From Candidatus Binatia bacterium (GTDB taxonomy: Bacteria > Desulfobacterota > Binatia > HRBIN30): a DNA stretch of 64,000 bases. A program made the position numbers and the translations under genes. The DNA is taken from the NCBI GenBank assembly GCA_038245295.1, contig JBBRSP010000001.1, forward strand, positions 384,001 through 448,000, in the 5' to 3' direction. Positions 39,176 to 48,846 of the stretch are shown here, one piece after another. The notes below the pieces were generated by a model, which was not told the DNA's origin, ran no database searches, and saw only the letters and a list, made by a program, of their open reading frames with translations. The number at the start of each line of letters is the position of its first letter. Positions within the stretch are counted from its first letter, which is position 1.

Positions 39176-39994
39176 ATGAGCAGCCCGCCGGATCTTTCAA
39201 CCACCTTCGAGGTTCCCGAAGACTGCGTCCGTGAGTATCGCAACAAGGGGCACACCGTCGTGCGCGGTCTTGCCACTCCAGATGAAGTCGCGGCGTTCCA
39301 TCCGGCGATCGTCGCCACCGGACCAAAGGGGCGCTACGACATGCGGCCGCTCCAGGAGCGGGATACATACGGCAAAGCCTTCATCCAGATGGTGAACCTC
39401 TGGGTCCACGACGAACGAGTCAAAGCCTTCGTGTGGGCGCGGCGATTTGCCCAGGTGGCCGCCGACCTCATAGGCGTCGACGCGGTGCGCCTCTATCACG
39501 ATCAAGCGCTGTTCAAGGAACCTCGGGGCGGGTTGACGCCGTGGCACCAGGATCAGTTCTACTGGCCACTCGATACGCTGCACACGATTACCATGTGGAT
39601 GCCGCTGGTTCCTGTGAGTGCCGCAATGGGTCCGATGCATTTCGCTTCCGGCTCACAGCGTCTGGGCAATTTGGGTGACTTCCCCATCGGTGACACCTCG
39701 CAAGAAAAGTTTGGCGAGCTCGTGGCGCGGCATCAATTGCCGATCACGAGCCATGAGCCATTCGCGCCGGGCGACGCGACGTTTCACAGCGGCTGGACCT
39801 TGCACGGCGCGGCGGGTAACCGGACGAATCGAATGCGTGATGTCATGACGATCATCTACTACGCCGACGGCGCGCGCATCGGCGACCTCGATGACATACA
39901 CCGGCGCTTCGATCGCGATGTCTGGCTCAGCGGGTGTGAACCCGGTGAGCTGGCGGCCGGGCCGTTGAACCCCGTGCTCTACCAGCGCGACTGA
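39176..39994 (+). CDS. Phytanoyl-CoA dioxygenase (PhyH) family Fe(II)/2-oxoglutarate oxygenase
   Basis: DQALFKEP, TPWHQD, TLHGAAGN..R facial triad and 2OG-binding Arg. Confidence 0.92.
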   Translation: MSSPPDLSTTFEVPEDCVREYRNKGHTVVRGLATPDEVAAFHPAIVATGPKGRYDMRPLQERDTYGKAFIQMVNLWVHDERVKAFVWARRFAQVAADLIGVDAVRLYHDQALFKEPRGGLTPWHQDQFYWPLDTLHTITMWMPLVPVSAAMGPMHFASGSQRLGNLGDFPIGDTSQEKFGELVARHQLPITSHEPFAPGDATFHSGWTLHGAAGNRTNRMRDVMTIIYYADGARIGDLDDIHRRFDRDVWLSGCEPGELAAGPLNPVLYQRD

Positions 39995-40118
39995 GTTTTA
40001 CCGCAGAGACACCGAGGCGCAGAGAGAACGGACAGCCGTATACTGGGTAATAATCAAGACCCGAGGACCAAAGGCTGGATAAAAAGTGGCCAAGTCCATT
40101 GCGGATGTGGGAGCGTGT

Positions 40119-40925
40119 ATGACCGATTCTGAATTCCAAAGACGTTACGGCTCCTGGGCCGTGGTCGCCGGCGCTTCGATGGGAATGGGTGCGGAGTATT
40201 CGCGCCAGTTGGCGGCGAAGGGGCTCAATGTCCTGATGCTCGCCGAAGCGGCCGAGCCGCTGATGGAAGTCGCGGCGGAGATTGCCCGCACCCATAGGGT
40301 CGAGACACGCACGGCGGTGGTCGATCTTTCGGTCGCCAACCTCGTCGACATCGTCAGCGCCGAAGCCGCCGGACTCGACGTCGGCATGTTCGTGTACAAC
40401 GCGGCGCATTCGGTGGTCGGCCGCTTCCTGAACGTGCCGATTGCCGAGCGGCTGAAGATGATCGACGTCAATGTCCGCGGCGTGTTGTTGCTGTGCGACT
40501 ACTTCGCGCGGCGCTTCGTCGAACGCGGGCGCGGCGGCTTGATCGTCATGTCGTCAATGTCGGGCTTTCAGGGCCAGGCGATGGTCGGCACCTATGCGGC
40601 GACGAAAGCCTTCGATCTCGTGCTGGCGGAGTCGCTGTGGGATGAATTGAAAGGAACCGGAGTCGATGTGCTCGCCTTCTGTCCCGGAGCGACGCGCACG
40701 CCGGCGTACCTGGCGACCCAACCAAAGCAGGGCGGGGTGCTGTCGCCGCCGACGATGAGCCCGGCGGCGACCGTCGCCGAGGCGATCGCGGCGATCGGCA
40801 AGGGCCCGACGGCTATCGCGGGACGCAATAACCGCATCTCGGCGTTCATCCTCAGTCACCTCATTCCACGCCGGGCGCGCATCACGCTGATGAGCCGTGC
40901 GACGCGCGGGATGTACGATGGGTGA
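40119..40925 (+). CDS. Short-chain dehydrogenase/reductase
   Basis: YGSWAVVAGASMGMG, YNAA, YAATKAF, PGATRT. Confidence 0.93.
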   Translation: MTDSEFQRRYGSWAVVAGASMGMGAEYSRQLAAKGLNVLMLAEAAEPLMEVAAEIARTHRVETRTAVVDLSVANLVDIVSAEAAGLDVGMFVYNAAHSVVGRFLNVPIAERLKMIDVNVRGVLLLCDYFARRFVERGRGGLIVMSSMSGFQGQAMVGTYAATKAFDLVLAESLWDELKGTGVDVLAFCPGATRTPAYLATQPKQGGVLSPPTMSPAATVAEAIAAIGKGPTAIAGRNNRISAFILSHLIPRRARITLMSRATRGMYDG

Positions 40926-41456
40926 CGGCACAGGGTTCATTCCGGTGGGGCCGTCACAGGCTCGGGCATAGGCTGAGGCTCAGGCATGGCGGTGTGGTGC
41001 GTAGCTTCCAGGTTATTGTGCCAGTGGGGGTGGACTCACATGTACTGGCGCACGGCGCGGGACGGGTTTGGCCACAGATGAATGGGATGAACACAGATAG
41101 CTTGCCAACAACCAAGGGGCGCAACGCAGGCCGCAGGCAGCAGGCCTGCATCTGTGTTTATCTGTGTCCATCCGTGGCAAAAAACCGCACGGTGGTTTCA
41201 AGTTTCACAAATCATTGCGCGTCGCGACAATTTCGCACGCCAGTAATACGAAGAAAGGGTGCTGGCGCCGGTTTCTTCTCGTGGCTCGGCTCTTCGTGGC
41301 CTTCGGCAGCATCGCGCCCAACCTTTCGGGGCCGAATCTTGACAGCCGCCTTTACCGCATGGTCATGTGGCGATCGTGAGGGGCAAGCTGTGAACAAACA
41401 TTCGGGCATGAATGAGATGGGTGACGGCACAGACTTCATTCGGGTGGGGCCGCCAC
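40917..41456 (+). repeat. 41-bp imperfect direct repeat pair (40917-40957 and 41416-41456)
   Basis: GATGGGTGACGGCACAG(GG/AC)TTCATTC(C/G)GGTGGGGCCG(T/C)CAC, 37/41 identical, each self-complementary at its ends. Confidence 0.8.
41067..41184. repeat. Nonamer-based palindromic element (CACAGATGAA family)
   Basis: GCCACAGATGAATGGGATGAACACAGAT ... ATCTGTGTTTATCTGTGTCCATCCGTGGC. Confidence 0.8.
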
Positions 41457-41899
41457 CGTGCCATCGGAACGCACGGTTATGAGACGCAGGCCGCTGGCGT
41501 TTCCGGTTTACCCGGATCACCGCCGTCGCGTACTCCTCGCCGTCGCAATTCCATCGCGATTTCAATGGTCTTCTCATCGGTGACCTGCCGGAAAGGCAAA
41601 AAACGTTGAGTTTGTGTGCGTAGGTGGAGTCATCCAGGTCGCTGATCGGGGCTCTACGGGCTTCCTGGTGCGCCTGGCGCGGGGGCGACGCTTTGCGAAA
41701 TGCGTGTTTTTGCGACCGCCTTGCCCAGGGTGGCTTATTATCAGTACTAGGCCGAGATTCTCACCACGGAGGCAGCGAGACGCGGAGATCCCAAGATGGC
41801 GATTGACGACGTTGAGCGTGTGCCTGGCTATCGATGCAGCTCGCTCCGCTCTTCTCCGGGCCGTCGTGTCTCCTTTGAAAAGGGCCGGCTGCGGTCCGC

Positions 41900-42055
41900 T
41901 CCCTCTCCCAGCTCAACTGGATTGCCAGCATCTGGGAGAGGGTTGGGGTGAGGGTCTGGTCTGCGGGTACAGCCCGGCATCGGCGGACCCTCAGCCCGAC
42001 CCTCTCCCGCCAGCGACGTGTTCCCCCGATGCGGGAGAGGGGGCGCTTGCTTTTC
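41900..42055. repeat. REPIN/MITE-like element (CCCTCTCCC family), copy 2
   Basis: Reverse complement aligns with 30811-30973 including flank and one loop. Confidence 0.85.
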
Positions 42056-42191
42056 ACCCGACATGGGCGCCCCCAGCTCATGACCACTCTGTGGAGTCTT
42101 TTGGTTGCGAGCATCCGTGGAGATCGGAGCGCGGCACGCCGCATAGCCGTTTTGCAATGACCCCGCTCGCTGCTAGACACCGCCACGTCTC

Positions 42192-44741
42192 ATGGCACGA
42201 AGTTCTGCTGCAGTGGAGTTGGTCGAACGGCGAGTGGACAGTGCGCCGCGCAGTGATCGGCTGCGGGCAAGCGGCAAGTTCATTTTCCGGGGCGACGAAA
42301 AGATCTTCCTACGCGGAGTGACCTACGGGCCGTTCGCGCCCGGGCCGGACGGAACGCAATTCCCCACGCCCGAGGTAGCGCGCCGCGACTTTACTCTGAT
42401 GGTGGAGATGGGTGCCAACTGCTTCCGCACCTTCACTCCACCGCCGGTCTGGCTGCTCGACCTGGCTGCCGAGTTCGACCTCGGCGCCCTGGTTGGTTTG
42501 CCGTGGACCGAACATGTCTGCTTCCTCGACGACGAAAAAGTTACCGCCGACATCCGCCGCCAGATCGCTACGGCGATCGAGCCGCTCAAGGATCACCGCT
42601 CCGTCTACGCGTTTTTCATCGGCAACGAGATCCCGCCCGACATCGTACGCTGGCATCGTCAGGATCGCGTCAAAGCCTTCCTGAAAGAGCTCTACACGAT
42701 GGTGAAGGGCATCGCTCCCGGAGCGTTGGTCAGTTACGCCAACTTCCCGTCCACCGAGTACCTCGATCTCGACTTCCTCGATTTCATTTCGTTCAACGTT
42801 TACCTGCACCGCGAGAACGACTTCCGGCGTTACCTGTCGCGCCTGCAGAACCTGGCCGAATCCAAGCCTCTGGTGCTGACCGAGTTCGGTATCGACTCGA
42901 TGCGCGAAGGCGTTGAGCACCAGTCCGAAATCCTCGCGTGGCAGGTGCGCGCCGCATTCGAAGGCGGCGTTGCCGGTACGTGTGTGTTTGCCTGGACCGA
43001 TGATTGGTTCACCGGCGGTTTTCAAGTCGAAGACTGGGCCTTCGGTCTGGTCGACAGCGAACGCAACAAGAAGCCGGCCTTCGACGCCGTGCAACGGCTC
43101 TACGGCAACCAGCTGCCGCCGATGATGCCGAATCCGCCGCGCATCTCGGTCGTCATCTGCGCCTACAACGCCGAACGCACGATGGATGCCTGCCTGGCGT
43201 CGCTGCGCGAGCTGCAATATCCAAACTACGAAGTCATCGTCGTCAACGACGGCTCCACCGATCGCACACTCGAAATCTCCGAGCGTTATCCGGAGTTCCG
43301 CCTCTTCAGTCAGGAGAACAAGGGTCTCAGTGTGGCGCGCAACGTCGGCATGGAGAAAGCCGACGGCGAGATTGTCGCCTATACGGACTCCGACTGTGTC
43401 GTCGATCCGGATTGGCTGACCTACCTAGCGTATGTGTTCGTGCACAAAGGATTCGTTGCCGTCGGCGGTCCGAACCTGCCGCCGCCGGAAGATTCGGCCG
43501 TCGCTGCCTATGTCGCGGCGGCGCCGGGCGGACCGACACACGTCCTGGTCGATGACGAGGTTGCCGAACACATCCCGGGTTGCAACATGGCCTTTACCAA
43601 GAAAGCCCTGTTGGAAATCGCCGGCTTCGATCCGCTGCACCGCGCCGCCGGCGACGACGTCGACTTGTGCTGGCGCTTGCAGAATCAGGGCTATCCGATC
43701 GGCTTCAGCCCGGCGGCTCAGGTCTGGCACTTCCGTCGCAACACCATCAAAGCCTACCTCAAGCAGCAGATGGGTTACGGCCAGGCCGAAGCGCAGCTCT
43801 ATTTCAAACACCCGTTCCGCTTCAACATGCTGGGGCAGTCACAGTGGATCGGCCGCATCTATGGCGACATCGGTATGTCGTTGTTCTCGGGGCGACCAGT
43901 GATCTACCACGGCGTCTTCGGGCGCGGTCTTTTTCAGACGATGTACGAGCCGTCTTCGTCGCTGCTCTCGTATGTGCCGTTTACGCTCGAATGGAATGCC
44001 GTTGCTTTGATCGTCCTGATCGGCGCCTTTGTCGCCGGGCGCTACGAGTTCATTGCAAGCTTGCCACTGCTGACGTCGATCATCTGGGCGGCGGCACGCG
44101 CCTGGCGCGCCAACGTCGAGCCACGTTACGACAGCATTGGCGGCCGTCTTCTGATCACGGTGCTGATCTATCTCGGACCGTTGGTGCGCAGTCTGCAGCG
44201 CTATATCTATCGCTTGCAAGGACACACCGATGTCGCCCGCATCCAGTTCGACGAAGTGTCGCAGCCGGCGCGCGTCCATTGGTTGCGTCGCGAGTTGTTC
44301 GTTTCCTACTGGAACGAGACCTCTCTCGAGAAGGAAAACCTCCTGCACGCCGTGATGGAATTTCTCGTACCGCGCAAATACCTGATCTCGATCGATCAGG
44401 GCTGGAATGATTGCGACATCACCGTGCAACGCGGCATCTGGGCCAAAGGTGATCTGAAGGTTGCGGTGGAGCACCACGGCGGCACCAAGCGGTTGTTCCG
44501 CACGCGAGTTCGGGTGCGTGAGTCGCTGCTGTCGCGCGTCGTGCTGCTGTCGCTTGCTACGTTGTTCGTGCTCGGTGTCGTCGGTGGTCTGGCGGAGATC
44601 GCCGAAGTGTCGGCGCTGCTCGGCGTCATCACCATCGGTGTCATCGCCGGCGAGCACATTCGGCTCGGTCGCACGGTGTACCATGTGCTGGAGATCGTCG
44701 GTAAACAGATCGGCTTGGCGCCGCTGAGCTCGCGCGACTGA
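42192..44741 (+). CDS. Clan-A glycoside hydrolase (GH2-like TIM barrel) / GT2 glycosyltransferase fusion with C-terminal membrane region
   Basis: GVTYGPF, IGNEIP and LTEFG catalytic Glu motifs; GT2 SVVICAYN, VNDGSTD, TDSDC, GDDVD; TM helices; no signal peptide. Confidence 0.9.
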   Translation: MARSSAAVELVERRVDSAPRSDRLRASGKFIFRGDEKIFLRGVTYGPFAPGPDGTQFPTPEVARRDFTLMVEMGANCFRTFTPPPVWLLDLAAEFDLGALVGLPWTEHVCFLDDEKVTADIRRQIATAIEPLKDHRSVYAFFIGNEIPPDIVRWHRQDRVKAFLKELYTMVKGIAPGALVSYANFPSTEYLDLDFLDFISFNVYLHRENDFRRYLSRLQNLAESKPLVLTEFGIDSMREGVEHQSEILAWQVRAAFEGGVAGTCVFAWTDDWFTGGFQVEDWAFGLVDSERNKKPAFDAVQRLYGNQLPPMMPNPPRISVVICAYNAERTMDACLASLRELQYPNYEVIVVNDGSTDRTLEISERYPEFRLFSQENKGLSVARNVGMEKADGEIVAYTDSDCVVDPDWLTYLAYVFVHKGFVAVGGPNLPPPEDSAVAAYVAAAPGGPTHVLVDDEVAEHIPGCNMAFTKKALLEIAGFDPLHRAAGDDVDLCWRLQNQGYPIGFSPAAQVWHFRRNTIKAYLKQQMGYGQAEAQLYFKHPFRFNMLGQSQWIGRIYGDIGMSLFSGRPVIYHGVFGRGLFQTMYEPSSSLLSYVPFTLEWNAVALIVLIGAFVAGRYEFIASLPLLTSIIWAAARAWRANVEPRYDSIGGRLLITVLIYLGPLVRSLQRYIYRLQGHTDVARIQFDEVSQPARVHWLRRELFVSYWNETSLEKENLLHAVMEFLVPRKYLISIDQGWNDCDITVQRGIWAKGDLKVAVEHHGGTKRLFRTRVRVRESLLSRVVLLSLATLFVLGVVGGLAEIAEVSALLGVITIGVIAGEHIRLGRTVYHVLEIVGKQIGLAPLSSRD

Positions 44742-44749
44742 GCGAACCC

Positions 44750-46519
44750 ATGTCTTTGCTGCGCCACGTCGTCCGTGCCCTGCAGCCTTACCGCGCCGCC
44801 TTCTCCGTGTCGGTCGGCCAGGTTGTTCTCATCAGTATTCTCGAGTTGGCCAAACCCTGGCCCCTGAAGATCGTCATCGATTACGTCCTGCCGAAGAAGC
44901 CGGCGCCCTGGGCATTTTTGAGCACGCAAACACCGGCGCAGCTGCTGATGATTGCGACCATCGGTCTCGTCGTCGTTTACGGCCTACTCGGGGCGATTGC
45001 CGTATGGAACAACTTCACGACCATCTCGATCGGTCAGGGAATGGTCAACGATCTGCGCAGTCGCGTCTACCAGCACCTGCAACGCTTATCGCTGTCGTTC
45101 CACACGCGCGCCGCCGTCGGCGACCTGATCTATCGCGTCACCGGCGATACCTACGCTATCCAGACTCTAGCGATGAACGGGATCTTTCCGGTGATCGCCG
45201 CTTTGCTGCTGCTCGGCGGCATGTTCGGCATCATGTTGCGCCTCGATTGGCGCCTGACCCTGGTGGCGATGTCCGTTTGCCCCGTCCTGATAATCGCCAT
45301 CGTGGCGCTCAATAAGCGCATCTCCGCCGTCGCTCTGACGGCGCGCGAGAGCGAAAGCGCCGTCTATCAGGTCGTCCAACGCGGCATGTCGGCGATCAAA
45401 GTCGTGCAGGCGTTTTCCAAAGAAGAAGAAGAGTTGCGCGAGTTCGAAGCGACGAGCCGCGCCAGCCTGCGCAGCAACCTCAAGCTCTACACACTGCAGA
45501 CAGCCTTCGGCGCCGGCACCAACGTCGTTCTGGCTTTCGGTACCGCCGGTGTGTTGTGGCTCGGAGCCAACGAGGTGTGGGGCGGGGCGCTCAGCGTTGG
45601 CGACATGGTGGTGTTTCTGTCGTACCTGGCATCGCTGTATGCACCGATCAATTCGATCATCCAGACCTACGGCACGGTGCAAGGTGGTAAGGCCGGCTTC
45701 GGGCGCGTCCTGGAGCTGTTAGGCACCGAGCAGACGGTGGCGGACGGCACCGAGGACTGGCCGGGCGTGGTGCGTGGTCATGTCGAGTTTCGCAACGTCG
45801 CTTTCGGCTATGCTGCCGGGCGCGAGACGCTGCACGGCGTGAATGTCGAAGCCAAGCCGGGCGAGGTGATTGCCATCGTCGGTCCGACCGGTGCCGGCAA
45901 GAGCACCCTGGTCAGCCTCATTCCGCGCTTCTACGATGCCACCGCCGGTGAAGTCCTCATCGACGGGATCAACGTGCGCCGTCTGAAGCTGGCGGCGCTG
46001 CGCCGGCAGGTGAGCATGGTGCTGCAGCCACCGATGGTGTTTCCGATGACGGTGTTCGAGAACATCGGATACGGGCGCTCGCAGGCGACGTGGGCCGAAG
46101 TCGAGCATGCCGCCAAGGCGGCCCAGGCCGACGCCTTCATCCGGCGCTTGCCGCAGGGGTACGACACGGTCATCGGCGAACAGGGCGCCACGTTGTCGGA
46201 GGGCGAACGACAGCGGCTTACCATCGCGCGCGCGTTGCTGCGCGACGCGCCGATTCTCATCCTCGACGAGCCCACGTCGTCGGTCGACAACACCACCGAG
46301 GCGGCGATCATGGAGGCCGTCGAGCAGGTGATGCACAATCGCACCACCTTCGTCATCGCGCACCGGCTCAGCACCGTGCGCCGCGCCGATCTGATCCTGG
46401 TCGTCAAGGACGGTACGATTTTCGAGCGCGGCACCTTCGACGAGTTGATGGCACTGGGCGGCTTCTTTCATCAACTCTATGCGACGCCGGGCCGCGATGC
46501 GGTGGCGCCGAAGGTGTAG
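44750..46519 (+). CDS. ABC exporter, fused permease/ATPase (MsbA/NdvA-like)
   Basis: TM domain, GPTGAGKST, LSEGERQR signature variant, ILDEPT, IAHRLST. Confidence 0.95.
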   Translation: MSLLRHVVRALQPYRAAFSVSVGQVVLISILELAKPWPLKIVIDYVLPKKPAPWAFLSTQTPAQLLMIATIGLVVVYGLLGAIAVWNNFTTISIGQGMVNDLRSRVYQHLQRLSLSFHTRAAVGDLIYRVTGDTYAIQTLAMNGIFPVIAALLLLGGMFGIMLRLDWRLTLVAMSVCPVLIIAIVALNKRISAVALTARESESAVYQVVQRGMSAIKVVQAFSKEEEELREFEATSRASLRSNLKLYTLQTAFGAGTNVVLAFGTAGVLWLGANEVWGGALSVGDMVVFLSYLASLYAPINSIIQTYGTVQGGKAGFGRVLELLGTEQTVADGTEDWPGVVRGHVEFRNVAFGYAAGRETLHGVNVEAKPGEVIAIVGPTGAGKSTLVSLIPRFYDATAGEVLIDGINVRRLKLAALRRQVSMVLQPPMVFPMTVFENIGYGRSQATWAEVEHAAKAAQADAFIRRLPQGYDTVIGEQGATLSEGERQRLTIARALLRDAPILILDEPTSSVDNTTEAAIMEAVEQVMHNRTTFVIAHRLSTVRRADLILVVKDGTIFERGTFDELMALGGFFHQLYATPGRDAVAPKV

Positions 46520-46521
46520 CG

Positions 46522-47691
46522 GTGCGCATCGTCGTCACCGGCTTGATCGCCACCTATCCACTGGGCGGCGTCGCGTGGGACTATGAAGCCTATGTCAGCG
46601 GCTTCCGCCGCCTCGGCCATGATGTTTTCTATCTCGAGGACACCGGACAGTGGCTCTACGATCCGCGCATCGGCTCGTTCACCGATGACGCCGGGTTTCA
46701 AAGCGCCTACTTGGCCGAGACCCTCAGCCGTGCCGGTGCCGAAATGCGCGAGCGCTGGGCGCTGCGTGGGCCCGACGGGGTGTACCACGGACGCACGCTC
46801 GCCGAAGTCGAGCGCATCTGCAGTCAGGCCGACCTGTTTCTGAATGTTTCCGGCTCCTGTTGGTTGCGCGACGAGTATCGCGGCGCCAAGCGGCTCGCCT
46901 ATCTTGATAGCGACCCGTGCTACAGCCAGGCCAAGCTATCGGCTGCCCTGAACGGCACGGCGAGCAAGGACCAGCTGTTCTCGGTCGACCTGATTCACGC
47001 GCACAACTGTTTCTTCACCTTCGCCGAGAACATCGGCGCCGCCTCGTGTCGTGTCCCCGCCTGCGGCATCGAGTGGCATCCGACGCGGCAACCGATCGTC
47101 CTCGAGGACTGGCCCTACCACTTCGACGCCCAGGCGAAGGCCTATACAACGGTCATGTCGTGGAAGGTCGACACGACGCTGCCGACCATCGACGGCGTTG
47201 AATACGGCGGCAAAGACGTCGAGTTCACCAAGTTCATCGACCTGCCGTCGCGCACCCCGGTGACTCTCGAGATGGCGATCTCCGGCAAGGCGCCGCGCGA
47301 GTCTCTCGCCGAAAAGGGTTGGCAGGTTGCCGACGCCTATGAGCGGTCGTCGACCATGGACATCTACCGCGACTATTTGCGCCACTCGCGCGCCGAGTGG
47401 AGCATCGCGAAGAATGCCTACGTCGCGTCGCGCAGCGGCTGGTTCAGCACGCGTAGCGCCGCGTATCTGGCCCTCGGCAAGCCTGTCGTTGTGCAGGACA
47501 CCGGTTTCCGGCCCTACTACGAAGTGGGCGAAGGCATCTTGCCGTTCAGCAATGTTGACGAGGCGGTCGCGGCCATCGCGGCGGTCGAGAGCAACTATCA
47601 GCGCCACTGCGAAGCGGCACGCGCCGCGGCCGAGCGCGAGTTCGGCGTCGAGCGCGTGCTCGGCCAGCTGTTGCGGGACGCAGGGCTGTAG
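46522..47691 (+). CDS. Atypical GT-B fold glycosyltransferase-like protein, paralog 1
   Basis: GTG start just after the ABC stop; PLGGVAW, LDSDP, GWFSTRSAAYLALGKPVVVQDTGF. Confidence 0.8.
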   Translation: MRIVVTGLIATYPLGGVAWDYEAYVSGFRRLGHDVFYLEDTGQWLYDPRIGSFTDDAGFQSAYLAETLSRAGAEMRERWALRGPDGVYHGRTLAEVERICSQADLFLNVSGSCWLRDEYRGAKRLAYLDSDPCYSQAKLSAALNGTASKDQLFSVDLIHAHNCFFTFAENIGAASCRVPACGIEWHPTRQPIVLEDWPYHFDAQAKAYTTVMSWKVDTTLPTIDGVEYGGKDVEFTKFIDLPSRTPVTLEMAISGKAPRESLAEKGWQVADAYERSSTMDIYRDYLRHSRAEWSIAKNAYVASRSGWFSTRSAAYLALGKPVVVQDTGFRPYYEVGEGILPFSNVDEAVAAIAAVESNYQRHCEAARAAAEREFGVERVLGQLLRDAGL

Positions 47692-48846
47692 ATGGCGCAA
47701 CGCATTCTGGTGGCGGGTGCCCTGGCCGTGCACCCGATTGGCGGGTCCGGGAACACCTGGGCCTTCCTGCAGTACCTTCTGGGCTTCCGCAGGCTTGGCT
47801 GCGAAGTCATCTATGTCGAGCACATCGACGGCAAGAACTGCATCGGCGACGACTGGCAGCCGTCGTCGTTTGCCGATTCGGCCAATGTGCGACACTTCCG
47901 AGCGACGATGGAGCGCTGGGGTTTTCTCGAGTCGTCGTCGTTCTTCGAGTTGGACGGTACGGGATCCTGCGGCTTGACGCGCTCCGAAGTTCTAGCCTTG
48001 GCCGGCGACGCCGATCTGCTGATCAACATGTCGGGACGTTTTCACGCCAAGGAAATTCTCACCGCCGCGCGGCGCCGCCTCTATCTCGATCTCGATCCGG
48101 GTTACGTGCAGATCTGGCAGGAGAAATACGGCGTCGACATGAATCTGCGCGGGCATGACGTCTACGCGACGGTCGGGTTGAACCTCGGCGCCGCCGACTG
48201 TCCGATGCCGACCTGTGGTGTTCACTGGGAGCACACGCTGCCGCCGGTTGTGCTCGACGAGTGGCGGGATTCCGGTGTCGCCGGCCGCCATTACACGACG
48301 GTGGCCGATTGGCGCGGCTATGGGCCGGTCGAATGGGACGGCGTCTGGTACGGCCAGAAGGCCGACGAGTTTCGCAAGATCATGACGTTGCCGCGTCAGG
48401 TGGTGGCGCCGCTCGAGATCTGTCTGGCCATTCATCCGGACGAGCCCGATCGCCGGGCCCTGGTCGAGAACGGTTGGATTCTGAGCGATCCGCTGCACCA
48501 TTCGGCAACCACCGACACGTACCGCGCGTTTATCTCCGGATCGCGTGGAGAGTTCACCGTCGTGAAGAACGGCTATGCGGCCGGCAAAACCGGCTGGGTC
48601 AGCGATCGCAGCGTTTGTTATCTGGCCGCCGGCCGCCCGGTGATCGTGCAAGACACGGGCATCGGCCGCTACCTGCCGACCGGCAGCGGCCTGTTGACGT
48701 TCACGGATGTCAGCAGCGCCGCGGCGGCGATCGATGCGGTAGAGGCCGACTACGAGCGCCACGCCGCCGCGGCAAGGGCGTTCGCGGCGGCGTACCTCGA
48801 TTCCGACATCGTGTTGAGCCGCTTGCTCGAGGTCAGCGGTCTGTGA
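47692..48846 (+). CDS. Atypical GT-B fold glycosyltransferase-like protein, paralog 2
   Basis: Abuts paralog 1; GSGNTWAFLQY, LDLDPGY, GWVSDRSVCYLAAGRPVIVQDTG. Confidence 0.8.
   Translation: MAQRILVAGALAVHPIGGSGNTWAFLQYLLGFRRLGCEVIYVEHIDGKNCIGDDWQPSSFADSANVRHFRATMERWGFLESSSFFELDGTGSCGLTRSEVLALAGDADLLINMSGRFHAKEILTAARRRLYLDLDPGYVQIWQEKYGVDMNLRGHDVYATVGLNLGAADCPMPTCGVHWEHTLPPVVLDEWRDSGVAGRHYTTVADWRGYGPVEWDGVWYGQKADEFRKIMTLPRQVVAPLEICLAIHPDEPDRRALVENGWILSDPLHHSATTDTYRAFISGSRGEFTVVKNGYAAGKTGWVSDRSVCYLAAGRPVIVQDTGIGRYLPTGSGLLTFTDVSSAAAAIDAVEADYERHAAAARAFAAAYLDSDIVLSRLLEVSGL

Noticed and set aside
40918..41482. Twin mini-ORFs MGDGTGFIPVGPS.. and MGDGTDFIRVGPP.. as RiPP precursors
   Set aside because: They are by-products of the 41-bp DNA repeat; no leader peptide or modifying enzymes nearby
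41212..41750. Minus-strand ORF or gene remnant in the 1.27-kb gap
   Set aside because: No recognisable motif or start context, and it runs through repeat DNA; cannot support a CDS or pseudogene call
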